This document shows positions 17,006 to 25,186 of a stretch of DNA of 34,491 nucleotides, piece after piece. How positions within the stretch are numbered: position 1 is the first letter of the stretch; each line of letters starts with the position of its first letter. The DNA is taken from positions 1-34,491 of the forward strand of contig CAYZJM010000002.1 of the NCBI GenBank assembly GCA_964479015.1, written 5' to 3'. The stretch is from Candidatus Woesearchaeota archaeon. Its GTDB lineage: Archaea > Nanobdellota > Nanobdellia > Pacearchaeales > GW2011-AR1. Both the position numbers and the translations under genes were made by a program. The notes below the pieces were generated by a model that was not told the origin of the DNA, did not search any database, and saw only the letters and a list, made by a program, of their open reading frames with translations.

Positions 17006-17770
17006 TTATTTTTTTGATTTTTTAGAAGTCTTCTTTTTTGGAGCTTTTTTAGAATTTGATTTTTTAGAAGTGTGTTTTTCAGAGTGCTTTTTATTTGTTG
17101 TTTTGTGGGTTGAAGAAATCACCTTATTAAAAGAATCTTGCATCATAGACATCTCTTTTTTTATACTTTCTATATTATCCCCATAAGAACCAACTTTATC
17201 AAGAATAGAGATTTGTAGTTTATCGATAATTGTTTCGATTCTCTTAAGCCTTTCTGATAGATTTTTGATTTTTGTTTCTGAAAGAGTTTTAAATTCTTCA
17301 ATATCTTCTATCTTTTTTCTTATTTTTTCTATGTTTTCTGAAAAAACTTGTTCAGATATTTCAATCACTGTCCCAGTACTTATCCCCCCAGAACCATAAT
17401 ACTGTTGAGAGGAATCATATCCCCCACTTTGTTTAGGATAATATTCATCATAATCTTGTTGGCTTGGTTGTGATTGTTGCATTTGGTATCCGTTGGAAGG
17501 TTGAGGAGTATATGTATCATCTTCTGATATCTCCTGACTTTTAGGAGAAGAATTCCCAGGAGGGTTTTGTGAATCTTGATATCCGTATTCTGGAGGAGCA
17601 CCGTATTCGTCATTTTCTTCCCCTTCTGATACTGCATTTTTTATTTGAGCTTGACTGAATGCCTCATTTATTTCTTTAGGAGTTATCCCTTGTTTTTTTA
17701 ATCCAGAAACTATTTCTTCATCTGATTGACCCTCATTTCTCATTTTTGAAATTTTGTCTAGTATTCCCAT
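17006..17770 (-). CDS. Hypothetical protein: short helical N-domain, Q/S/Y/G/P-rich low-complexity region, coiled coil and Lys-rich tail
   Basis: This is a 254-aa ORF. It begins MGILDKISKMRNEGQSDEEIVSGLKKQGITPKEINEAF. A stretch of about 75 aa follows (YGYQDSQNPPGNSSPKSQ...QQYYGSGG). A heptad-like region comes next (KIRKKIEDIEEFKTLSETKIKNLSERLKRIETIIDKLQ). The protein ends in KKHSEKHTSKKSNSKKAPKKKTSKKSKK. Confidence 0.6.
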   Translation of the reverse strand: MGILDKISKMRNEGQSDEEIVSGLKKQGITPKEINEAFSQAQIKNAVSEGEENDEYGAPPEYGYQDSQNPPGNSSPKSQEISEDDTYTPQPSNGYQMQQSQPSQQDYDEYYPKQSGGYDSSQQYYGSGGISTGTVIEISEQVFSENIEKIRKKIEDIEEFKTLSETKIKNLSERLKRIETIIDKLQISILDKVGSYGDNIESIKKEMSMMQDSFNKVISSTHKTTNKKHSEKHTSKKSNSKKAPKKKTSKKSKK

Positions 17771-17777
17771 TATCTTT

Positions 17778-18095
17778 TTATTTTTTTTCTAGTTTATTTG
17801 GTTGGAACATTTTTGCTTGTTTAGCCAGAATTTCTAAATCATCTTTTCTGGCAAATTTTGAAAATTCATCTGAAGCCATTTCTAAAAAAGACATTAATCT
17901 TTCTACATTTTGTTTAATTGTTTCTAATTCCTTTTTTATCCCAAGAATATCCTCATTATTTTTTTCTCTAACTTCTATGAGGTTTTTTCCAATCAAAAGG
18001 ATTTGATTTCTTAAGTTCCTATTTCTTTCTTCCAAGTCTCTTATTCTTATATTCAAATTAGAAGATGAATTTGGATTTAGATTCTCTTTTTCCAT
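17778..18095 (-). CDS. Small coiled-coil protein, unknown function
   Basis: The 105-aa protein is almost entirely heptad-like (IRIRDLEERNRNLRNQILLIGKNLIEVREK...KKELETIKQNVERLMSFLE). A leaderless-type TATA box lies 25 nt upstream on the minus strand. Confidence 0.55.
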   Translation of the reverse strand: MEKENLNPNSSSNLNIRIRDLEERNRNLRNQILLIGKNLIEVREKNNEDILGIKKELETIKQNVERLMSFLEMASDEFSKFARKDDLEILAKQAKMFQPNKLEKK

Positions 18096-18116
18096 AAAAA
18101 GGAGAAGTTAGTGTGG

Positions 18117-18151
18117 TTTAAAATTGTTTTGTTCAACATAAAGATTTTAAA
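18117..18151. promoter_or_regulatory. Back-to-back divergent TATA boxes in the 77-nt gap between the coiled-coil gene and the pilus ATPase
   Basis: tttaaaat at 18117..18124 (aattttaaa on the minus strand) is centred about 25 nt from the minus-strand ATG at 18095. attttaaa at 18144..18151 is centred about 25 nt from ATG 18173. Confidence 0.5.
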
Positions 18152-18172
18152 CAGTGCTTGTTTGTTTTGGTT

Positions 18173-20461
18173 ATGCAATTTAATAAAGAAACACCTTTAT
18201 TTGCTTATGAAACTCAAAGAGAGGGGGGAGAAGATATTTTATACATCAATTGTATTGGAGCACAATATGTACCAAGTATTATTGATTCTCCAGAGATTAT
18301 GGAAAAGACCTTTGACATTTTGATGGAAAACCCAAATGTTTCCAGGGTTGTTTTTGTTCAACAAAAAAATTATAGTTATGGTTTTGAAGAAACTTCTTTA
18401 TTGATTGAGATTGCCCAGCTTTATGTGTATCTATTCAAACAAGAAAAAGTTCTTTCTAAAGAGAAACTTTCTCCAAATTATGACGATTTTTTTAACCAGA
18501 GATATAATCAGATTTTTTCATTTTTATTTTTATTAAAAAGAGATCCTCTTGCAGCTTATTTTGATTTGAAAAGAATAATTATTGAATCTAAAATGAATCT
18601 TGATAATCTTGGAGGGGGATACAAACTTGATCAAAATAATTATATTCTTTTTTTAGAGAAAATTTTTTCTTTATTAGAGAATACAAAATTGATAAAATCT
18701 CTTTTACCCTATTCCAATGATTATAGAAAAAGAGATAGAGAGATTTATCATAAAATATTCAAACCAAATATAATCCCTAATTTTACATTTACAAGATTAG
18801 TATCTGAAATTCCTAATGATGCAGAAATTGTAGACCAGTATAAAATCTCAAATGAAGGGGATGATGAATCTGTTGTGACTATTCTAAAAAAGAAAAATGA
18901 GTCTAAATATATCTATCATTTGGTTCCCCCAGAAAATTCTTTAAATGAAGAACAGAGCATGCTTTTGAATTTAGCCAGAGGAGTTTTGATGGAACATCAA
19001 CCAAAAGCAGAAGAATTTACTGAGGCAGAAAGAACAAGGCGGGTTTTTTTTAATATTTCTAAAGATCTTCTCCAAGATTTAGCAAAAAGTAAAGGAATCA
19101 GTATAGATTATGCTGGGTTAAATAAGTTAGCAACGATAATTGTGAGGCATACAATTGGTTTTGGATTAGTGGAGGTTTTATTGCAGGACAAAAGATTACA
19201 GGATATTGTTTTAAATGCTCCAATCCCGTCAACTAATATCTTTTTGAGGCATCAGGATTATGATGAATGTTATACCAATATCCTTCCAAGTCAAGAAGAT
19301 GCAGATTCTTGGGCGGCTAAGTTTAGAATGATTTCTGGAAGGCCTTTAGACGAAGCAAATCCTGTTCTTGATACCCAATTAGAGATTGGGAATATTAGTT
19401 CAAGAATTTCAATTATACAACAACCCCTTTCACCAAAAGGATTATCATATGCAATTAGAAGACATAGAGAAGAACCTTGGACTCTTCCTCTTTTTGTTAA
19501 GAATGGGATGATGAATTCTTTTGCAGCAGGATTACTAAGTTTCTTAGTTGATGGTTCTAGAACAATGTTAGTTGCAGGGACAAGAAGTTCAGGTAAAACC
19601 TCTCTTTTAGGTAGTTTGATGTTAGAGATATCTCCTAAATATAGGATGATTGTTATAGAGGATTCCTTAGAACTCCCATTAAATTCTTTAAGAAATCTCA
19701 ATTATGATACTGTTAGAATGAAGGTTAAATCTGCACTTTCAAGTACAAGTAATGAAGTCTCTGCAGATGATGGTATAAGGACAAGTTTAAGATTAGGGGA
19801 TAGTTCATTGATAGTTGGAGAAGTTAGAAGTACTGAAGCAAAAGCATTATATGAAGCGATGAGGGTTGGAGCACTTGCAAATGTTGTTGCCGGGACAATT
19901 CATGGGGCAAGCCCTTATGGTGTTTTTGATAGGGTTGTTAATGATTTAGAAGTTCCTGCTACAAGTTTTAAAGCAACAGATATCATTATGGTAGCAAATC
20001 CAATAAAGTCTCCAGATGGGTTACATTCTTGGAAAAGACTTTTACAGGTTTCAGAAGTTAGAAAACACTGGAAGAAAGACCCTTCTCAAGAAAATGGATT
20101 TGTAGATTTATTAAGATATAACGTTGAAAAAGATCAGTTAGAACCAAGTGATGATTTAATTAATGGAAATAGTGAGGTTATAAAAGAGATAGCTTCTAGT
20201 GTTAAAGGTTGGGCCGGCAATTGGGATGCTGTTTATGATAATATTCAACTTCGTGCTAAAATTAAAGAAGAATTAGTTAATGCGGCAGAAAGAACAGGAG
20301 ATGAAAGACTTTTAGAAGCAGAATTTACTGTTTTATCTAATGAGGTTTTTCATAAAATTTCAGAAAAAGTAAGAAAAGAAGAAGGATTACCAAAATCAGA
20401 AAAAGTTTTTCCAGAGTGGAAAGAATGGCTAAATAAAGAGATAAAAAAAAGAAAATCTTAA
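18173..20461 (+). CDS. Type IV pilus/archaellum-class secretion ATPase (FlaI/PilB/VirB11 superfamily), 762 aa
   Basis: Walker A is AGTRSSGKTS. The Asp box/Walker B regions are MIVIEDSLEL and LIVGEVRSTEA. The His box is AGTIHGASP. The N- and C-terminal extensions are long. The track starts at TTG 18158. ATG 18173 fits the TATA spacing better. Confidence 0.85.
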   Translation: MQFNKETPLFAYETQREGGEDILYINCIGAQYVPSIIDSPEIMEKTFDILMENPNVSRVVFVQQKNYSYGFEETSLLIEIAQLYVYLFKQEKVLSKEKLSPNYDDFFNQRYNQIFSFLFLLKRDPLAAYFDLKRIIIESKMNLDNLGGGYKLDQNNYILFLEKIFSLLENTKLIKSLLPYSNDYRKRDREIYHKIFKPNIIPNFTFTRLVSEIPNDAEIVDQYKISNEGDDESVVTILKKKNESKYIYHLVPPENSLNEEQSMLLNLARGVLMEHQPKAEEFTEAERTRRVFFNISKDLLQDLAKSKGISIDYAGLNKLATIIVRHTIGFGLVEVLLQDKRLQDIVLNAPIPSTNIFLRHQDYDECYTNILPSQEDADSWAAKFRMISGRPLDEANPVLDTQLEIGNISSRISIIQQPLSPKGLSYAIRRHREEPWTLPLFVKNGMMNSFAAGLLSFLVDGSRTMLVAGTRSSGKTSLLGSLMLEISPKYRMIVIEDSLELPLNSLRNLNYDTVRMKVKSALSSTSNEVSADDGIRTSLRLGDSSLIVGEVRSTEAKALYEAMRVGALANVVAGTIHGASPYGVFDRVVNDLEVPATSFKATDIIMVANPIKSPDGLHSWKRLLQVSEVRKHWKKDPSQENGFVDLLRYNVEKDQLEPSDDLINGNSEVIKEIASSVKGWAGNWDAVYDNIQLRAKIKEELVNAAERTGDERLLEAEFTVLSNEVFHKISEKVRKEEGLPKSEKVFPEWKEWLNKEIKKRKS

Positions 20462-20523
20462 GGTTTTTTATTATTCTACTTTTAATCTGATAATTTTATA
20501 AAGTTTGAAATTCTTTAGGATAT

Positions 20524-20784
20524 ATGGAAAAATTAAGTAAAAAAAGGGAATTTAAGAAATTTAAAAGAACTATGTTTGCATATATCTCGATAGGGTTGCT
20601 TGCATCTTCACTTGTTTTTACCTCTTCAGATATTACAGGGCATTCTATTGCATCAACTTCCCAATTGTCTAATACTATTGGGGTTATTCTTTTTTTAGGG
20701 GGATTAGTTTTTGCTTATGTCCATTTGAGATATGAAAATTTTAAAGTCCGTAGAAACAGCAGAAAAATTAAGAAGAGTTCTTAA
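20524..20784 (+). CDS. Small two-TM membrane protein, unknown function (pilus locus)
   Basis: The 86-aa protein has a basic N-terminus, two hydrophobic helices and a basic tail. A ttttataaa TATA box (20494..20502) lies 26 nt upstream of the ATG. Confidence 0.5.
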   Translation: MEKLSKKREFKKFKRTMFAYISIGLLASSLVFTSSDITGHSIASTSQLSNTIGVILFLGGLVFAYVHLRYENFKVRRNSRKIKKSS

Positions 20785-20856
20785 TTTTAAACAGATATGT
20801 AACCTCAGAAATTAGTTCTCCAAACATTTATTAATTTAGTTTTTCTTCTTTTTAAA

Positions 20857-20863
20857 GAGGTGA
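20857..20863 (+). promoter_or_regulatory. Shine-Dalgarno-like site (gaggtga) for the platform-protein gene
   Basis: aaagaggtgaggatATG. GAGGTGA is complementary to the conserved 16S 3' end and ends 4 nt before ATG 20868. Confidence 0.6.
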
Positions 20864-20867
20864 GGAT

Positions 20868-23054
20868 ATGTCAAAAAAGAGACCAAACAGAAAAGCAGAT
20901 GTTAAGGACATTTTGGATAAATATGGAAAAAAGATAGAGAATCAGATGAATACTTCTCGTCCAGTGAGAAAAAAAGATATAAAAAAAAGTTATAGCAAAG
21001 AGTATACTCTTTTTAAAGAAGAGATGGCCCCTCAATGGTCAAGGTATGAAAAATGGTGCCATAGTTTAGGAAAAATTATAAAGGTTAATGCTTCTGAAAA
21101 AGATAAGAAGGAAATACAAAGAAATCTTGAAATTGCCCATCTTGATGTAGAACCATGGCAATCTTTATCCTTAAGCATCATCGTTTTTTTAATAATTTTT
21201 CTTTTAGGAATCTTTAGTTCTATAGGGGTTTTTCTTATTACTGATTCTTTTCCAGTATTGTTTTTTCTTTTAACAGTCTCTATGTCTTTATTCCTTTTTT
21301 ATTATATGAAAAATTATCCTAAAAGACTTGCAAATAAGTGGAGACTTAAGGCTTCTAGTCAGATGGTTCCAGCAATACTGTATATTGTTGTCCATATGAG
21401 GCACACTCCAAATCTTGAAAAAGCAATTTCATTCGCATCTCAACATTTAGAGTATCCTTTATCTTTAGATCTAAAAAAAGTATTTTATAATGTTGAAGTT
21501 GGGAAGTTTTCTACAATAAAAGAGAGTTTGGAAAATTATTTACAAGGTTGGAGAGATTATTCTCAAGAATTTATAGAATCTTTTAATCTTATTGAAAGTA
21601 GTTTATTCGAGCCAGATGAATCAAGGAGAATTGCTACTCTTGAAAGATCTTTGCAAGTTATTCTTGATGGCGTTTATGATAAAATGCTTAAATTTGTCCA
21701 TGATATTAAGAGTCCTATCCAAAGTACATATATGCTCGGAACAACTCTCCCTGTTTTGGGTTTGGCTTTATTGCCTTTAGCTTCAATAATGGTAGGAGAT
21801 TTTCTTAAAACGGGTCATGTATTCTTTTTATATAATCTTCTTATCCCATTTATTGCCTTTTTTTTAATGAGCAAGTATATGATGATGCGTCCTGGAGGGC
21901 ATGGGGAGACAAATCTTTTAGAAAGAAATCCTCTTTATTCAGAATACAAGAAAAATGATCATTATTTCAAATCATTTTTAATCTGCTTGCCTTTGTTTAT
22001 TTTAGGATTTTTGCCATTTATATTTCAGTACACTCCTTTACCCGAAATTTTGAATTTATCAAGAGATTTTACTTTTTCCCAGATAGGGATGAATTTCTTT
22101 GGGGATGTGAAATTTTTTGGTTTTGTCCAGGAAGGAGGAGAAACTTATGGCCCATTTGGAATTGGATCTTTGATATTAGGAATGTTTATCCCTTTAGGGA
22201 TGGCTTTGTTTTTTTCTTTAGCATATAAGGGAAAGACAAAAGATCTTATAAAAGAGAGAGAAAATACAAATAAGTTAGAGAGCGAGTTTAAAAATTCATT
22301 ATTTCAGTTAGGAAATAGGATAGGAAATGGAGACCCTCCAGAAGTTGTTTTTGGAAAAGTTGCAAGGTCTTCAAAAGGGCTGAATTCTGCGGATTTTTTT
22401 AAAAGAGTAGATTATAATATAAGACAAATGGGGATGAATGTAGAAAGAGCTATTTTTGATAAAAACAGAGGAGCGATAAATCATTACCCTTCAGATTTAA
22501 TTTCTACAAGTATGAGAATTCTTGTTGAAGCTTCTAAAAAAGGATTAAAGATTGCTGCAGTTAGTCTTATGAGTATTTCACAATATGTTAAAAATATTCA
22601 GAAAATTACTGCAAGACTAAGAGATATGCTCGCAGAGATTATTTCTGATATGAAAAGTAATATGACTTTTCTTGCACCATTACTTTCTGGAGTTGTTGTA
22701 GGTTTAGCAATGATGATAAGTTCTATTTTAGGGAAAATCGCTGGTTTTGAAGAGTTAGGAGGGAGTGCGGAGATAGGATTAGGAGGTGTTGAGGAGATAA
22801 TGGGGGTTTTTAGTCAAAATGTGATGATCCCTCCTTATTTTTTACAAGTTGCAATAGGGATTTATCTTATTCAAATAATTTTTATTCTTACAGATACTTT
22901 AGTGACTATAGATTCAGGAGAGGATAGATTAGAAAAGACAAACCAAACAGGAAAGAATTTAGTTAAGGGAATCTCTCTTTATACTGTTGTTGCTTTAATT
23001 TCTACAATCGCGTTGTTTATTCTCTCTTCGGTTGTTTTAGGAAATTTAGGGTGA
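20868..23054 (+). CDS. Polytopic pilus platform protein (FlaJ/TadC/T2SS-F-like), 728 aa
   Basis: TM bundles alternate with two soluble helical domains of about 130 aa (about residues 150-290 and 460-600). This is the duplicated T2SS-F architecture. The gene lies just downstream of the ATPase, after one small membrane-protein gene. No single diagnostic motif can be read by eye. Confidence 0.65.
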   Translation: MSKKRPNRKADVKDILDKYGKKIENQMNTSRPVRKKDIKKSYSKEYTLFKEEMAPQWSRYEKWCHSLGKIIKVNASEKDKKEIQRNLEIAHLDVEPWQSLSLSIIVFLIIFLLGIFSSIGVFLITDSFPVLFFLLTVSMSLFLFYYMKNYPKRLANKWRLKASSQMVPAILYIVVHMRHTPNLEKAISFASQHLEYPLSLDLKKVFYNVEVGKFSTIKESLENYLQGWRDYSQEFIESFNLIESSLFEPDESRRIATLERSLQVILDGVYDKMLKFVHDIKSPIQSTYMLGTTLPVLGLALLPLASIMVGDFLKTGHVFFLYNLLIPFIAFFLMSKYMMMRPGGHGETNLLERNPLYSEYKKNDHYFKSFLICLPLFILGFLPFIFQYTPLPEILNLSRDFTFSQIGMNFFGDVKFFGFVQEGGETYGPFGIGSLILGMFIPLGMALFFSLAYKGKTKDLIKERENTNKLESEFKNSLFQLGNRIGNGDPPEVVFGKVARSSKGLNSADFFKRVDYNIRQMGMNVERAIFDKNRGAINHYPSDLISTSMRILVEASKKGLKIAAVSLMSISQYVKNIQKITARLRDMLAEIISDMKSNMTFLAPLLSGVVVGLAMMISSILGKIAGFEELGGSAEIGLGGVEEIMGVFSQNVMIPPYFLQVAIGIYLIQIIFILTDTLVTIDSGEDRLEKTNQTGKNLVKGISLYTVVALISTIALFILSSVVLGNLG

Positions 23055-23076
23055 AAGATTTATTAATCTTTATTTT
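23054..23076 (+). promoter_or_regulatory. BRE/TATA promoter element, copy 1 of a 23-nt near-identical pair
   Basis: aaagatttattaatctttatttt. The core tttattaa (23059..23066) is centred 25-26 nt upstream of ATG 23088. The second copy at 25153..25175 differs at one base and has the same 11-nt spacing to its ATG. Confidence 0.6.
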
Positions 23077-23087
23077 CTTTACATTTT

Positions 23088-23237
23088 ATGGAAAAAAGAG
23101 GGATTGTTTCAGATTATCTTCCATGGGTACTGATTGCAATTGCAGTTCTTACAATTGTTTTAGTCTCTATTTTTTTGATGAAGGATACCGGTTTTGAACT
23201 AATTGATAGAATTAAAAATTTGTTTGTTGGGAGATAA
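23088..23237 (+). CDS. 49-aa pilin-like protein with a class III signal peptide (not in the ORF track)
   Basis: My own translation is MEKRGIVSDYLPWVLIAIAVLTIVLVSIFLMKDTGFELIDRIKNLFVGR. It has a KRG motif followed by a hydrophobic helix. The stop TAA overlaps the next ATG (TAATG at 23235..23239). The promoter and first codons are paralogous to the gene at 25187 (MRKRGN). Confidence 0.6.
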   Translation: MEKRGIVSDYLPWVLIAIAVLTIVLVSIFLMKDTGFELIDRIKNLFVGR

Positions 23238-23611
23238 TGGCAGAACTTACAATCGGACAGTTGATTAAAGTAATCCTTGGGGTTTTAGTTGTAGTTGTAG
23301 TCATGATAGGGCTTTTTGTATTTTTTAAAGGGCAAGTTTTTGGTATTTTTGAGGGTTATGGTGGTGAAGATATGGGGCTCATTCCTTCAGAAGAATCTGA
23401 AGATGAAACAATGTATGAAGAGGATAAAGAGGGAATAACCGAAGAGGAAGATGTAGAAGAAGGGAGTAACGATTGTTTAGAAGGAGGAGTACGGGTTTAT
23501 AAAAAAAAGGAGCCTCAAGTTTCAGAGTGTTGTTATGGTGATTATTGTTCAAAAAAAGTTTTGTTTTTCTGCACTGAAAGGAGATGTTGTTCTGTTGAAC
23601 AAGGATGTTAA
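23237..23611 (+). CDS. Small membrane-anchored Cys-rich protein (pilus locus)
   Basis: The 124-aa protein has an N-terminal hydrophobic helix (LIKVILGVLVVVVVMIGLFVFF) without a clear [KR][KR]G site. An acidic linker follows. The C-terminal 45 aa carry 8 Cys (C..CC..C..C..CC..C). Confidence 0.6.
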   Translation: MAELTIGQLIKVILGVLVVVVVMIGLFVFFKGQVFGIFEGYGGEDMGLIPSEESEDETMYEEDKEGITEEEDVEEGSNDCLEGGVRVYKKKEPQVSECCYGDYCSKKVLFFCTERRCCSVEQGC

Positions 23612-23613
23612 AA

Positions 23614-24267
23614 ATGGATAAAAAAGGATTTTTGTTAGGTGAAGAGACAGTTAAAATAATTATATCTGTGATTGTGATTGCTTTTTTGATTTATTTTCTA
23701 ACTTCTCTCTATTTCGCACATGAAAAAAATAAGGATTTAGAACTTGCTGAAAGTTCATTAGACCAATTAGTTTCTTCTATAAATGAAGGGGCATCTTCTG
23801 TTGAAATTTATAATCCTACTAACAAAGTTCTTTTTACATGGCCGATGTATACCGAGATTGATGATGAAATAGAGGAGGTTATGCCTCAATCTTGTGAGAT
23901 AAAAGGTTGGGATAATTGTATTTGTATTTGTGGTGTAAATCATCTTAAACAAAATATAGAGAGTGAAGAAGAAAGGAGATGGTGGGAGAAAGCTCTTGAT
24001 GTTGTGACGTGGGTTCCTAGGAAAATAGTAGACTATGGAGTAAGACCTCTAGCAGAATATTTTGGGATTTGGGATAATGAAATTATAGAAATGGCAGAGA
24101 GGTGTAGTTCTGATTGGGTTTGCAAGGAATCTCAAGGAGAAGTAATAGCAGGGGTTAAAGATGATGGCGATTTTGAAGGGAGGCTTTTGATTATAGAGAA
24201 CCCCCCGTTAGAATTAAATCTAAAATATGAAGATGAGGGGGTTTTAATAATAAAAGATAATGGATGA
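23614..24267 (+). CDS. Pilin-like protein with a class III signal peptide and a Cys-containing C-domain
   Basis: MDKKG|FLLGEETVKIIISVIVIAFLIYFL. The track starts 3 codons earlier at 23605 (MLKMDKKG), and either start is possible. The mature part has the Cys clusters QSCEIKGWDNCICICG and ERCSSDWVC. Confidence 0.65.
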   Translation: MDKKGFLLGEETVKIIISVIVIAFLIYFLTSLYFAHEKNKDLELAESSLDQLVSSINEGASSVEIYNPTNKVLFTWPMYTEIDDEIEEVMPQSCEIKGWDNCICICGVNHLKQNIESEEERRWWEKALDVVTWVPRKIVDYGVRPLAEYFGIWDNEIIEMAERCSSDWVCKESQGEVIAGVKDDGDFEGRLLIIENPPLELNLKYEDEGVLIIKDNG

Positions 24268-24355
24268 TTTGATAAAATATTTAATCTGGATTGTATTCTT
24301 TGGAGTGGTGTTAACAGGAGTAATTTTAATGTTAAAGAGGTTTGGGATCTTATGA
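24260..24355 (+). CDS. Possible 31-aa single-TM micro-protein
   Basis: My own translation is MDDLIKYLIWIVFFGVVLTGVILMLKRFGIL. Its ATG overlaps the preceding stop (ATGGATGA). It fills the only otherwise empty gap in this operon. There is no other support. Confidence 0.25.
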   Translation: MDDLIKYLIWIVFFGVVLTGVILMLKRFGIL

Positions 24356-24364
24356 GGTTTTAAT

Positions 24365-25147
24365 ATGGAATTGAGAGATAAAAAAAGAGAAAAGAAAGGA
24401 GAAATAACAACAAAACAATTAGTCACAATAATAATCCTAATTGTGAGTTTTACAGTAATTTTATATTTCATATTCAGATTGAATCTAACTGGAACAACAG
24501 ATAAAGAAATTTGCCATAACTCTGTTGTTTTGCAAGCAAAATCTTTTGGTATTGCTGGTTCCTTAGATTGTAAAACTAGTTATGTTTGTATCTCTGGAGG
24601 AGGGGGATGTGAAGGGATTTTAGAAGACAGTGTTGTAGAAGTTAATCCTGAAGATAAAAATGAAGTTTTTAAAGCAATTGCTGATGAGATGGCTGATTGT
24701 TGGTGGATGTTTGGAGAAGGGAAATTAGATTATACCTCTAAGAATATTGTATCTGATAAAGTAGGATGTGCTATTTGTTCCGTTATAAAATTTGATGAAG
24801 AGATTATCGATAGATATAGTGAAGAAGGAATTAGGTACCAAGAACTTTTAGAATTTTTAGAAAGAGAAAAAGTTAGTGATGATGAAACATATCTCCATTA
24901 TCTTACTTCTTACTATAGTCTGGAAGATCTTTTTGGAGATTTTGAAGAGATTAATGGATATAGTCAGAGGCTAATTTCATTAGAAGAAAAACATATTATT
25001 CAAACTGTTCAGGCAAAAGAATCCTTGATTAAAGAAATTTTGAAATGGAAACTTAATGATTACTATATGATTCCTCCATTTTTATATGAGATTGGGGAAA
25101 GTCCTTTAGGAGTAGATGGCTGTGATGAATATGTCACAAATGCATAA
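24365..25147 (+). CDS. Pilin-like protein with a class III signal peptide and a Cys-rich C-domain
   Basis: MELRDKKREKKG|EITTKQLVTIIILIVSFTVILYFIF. There are 9 Cys in the mature part (EICHN, LDCKTSYVCISGGGGCEG, ADCWW, GCAICS, GCDEY). gaggt lies 6 nt upstream of the ATG. Confidence 0.65.
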   Translation: MELRDKKREKKGEITTKQLVTIIILIVSFTVILYFIFRLNLTGTTDKEICHNSVVLQAKSFGIAGSLDCKTSYVCISGGGGCEGILEDSVVEVNPEDKNEVFKAIADEMADCWWMFGEGKLDYTSKNIVSDKVGCAICSVIKFDEEIIDRYSEEGIRYQELLEFLEREKVSDDETYLHYLTSYYSLEDLFGDFEEINGYSQRLISLEEKHIIQTVQAKESLIKEILKWKLNDYYMIPPFLYEIGESPLGVDGCDEYVTNA

Positions 25148-25152
25148 TTTCT

Positions 25153-25175
25153 AAAGTTTTATTAATCTTTATTTT
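25153..25175 (+). promoter_or_regulatory. BRE/TATA promoter element, copy 2 of the 23-nt pair
   Basis: aaagttttattaatctttatttt. The core tttattaa (25158..25165) is centred 25-26 nt upstream of ATG 25187. Confidence 0.6.
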
Positions 25176-25186
25176 TTATTCTATTT

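Noticed and set aside
16516-18006. ORFs 16516..16704(-), 16977..17186(+), 17380..17637(-) and 17746..18006(+)
   Set aside because: They are alternative-frame or antisense ORFs within better supported genes. The 17380..17637 entry is an out-of-frame read of the Q/Y-rich region.
18111-18323. ORF 18111..18323 (GTG start) and the TTG 18158 start of the ATPase
   Set aside because: ORF 18111 runs through both divergent TATA boxes and then overlaps the ATPase out of frame. ATG 18173 has the canonical 25-26 nt TATA spacing, so the upstream TTG is less likely.
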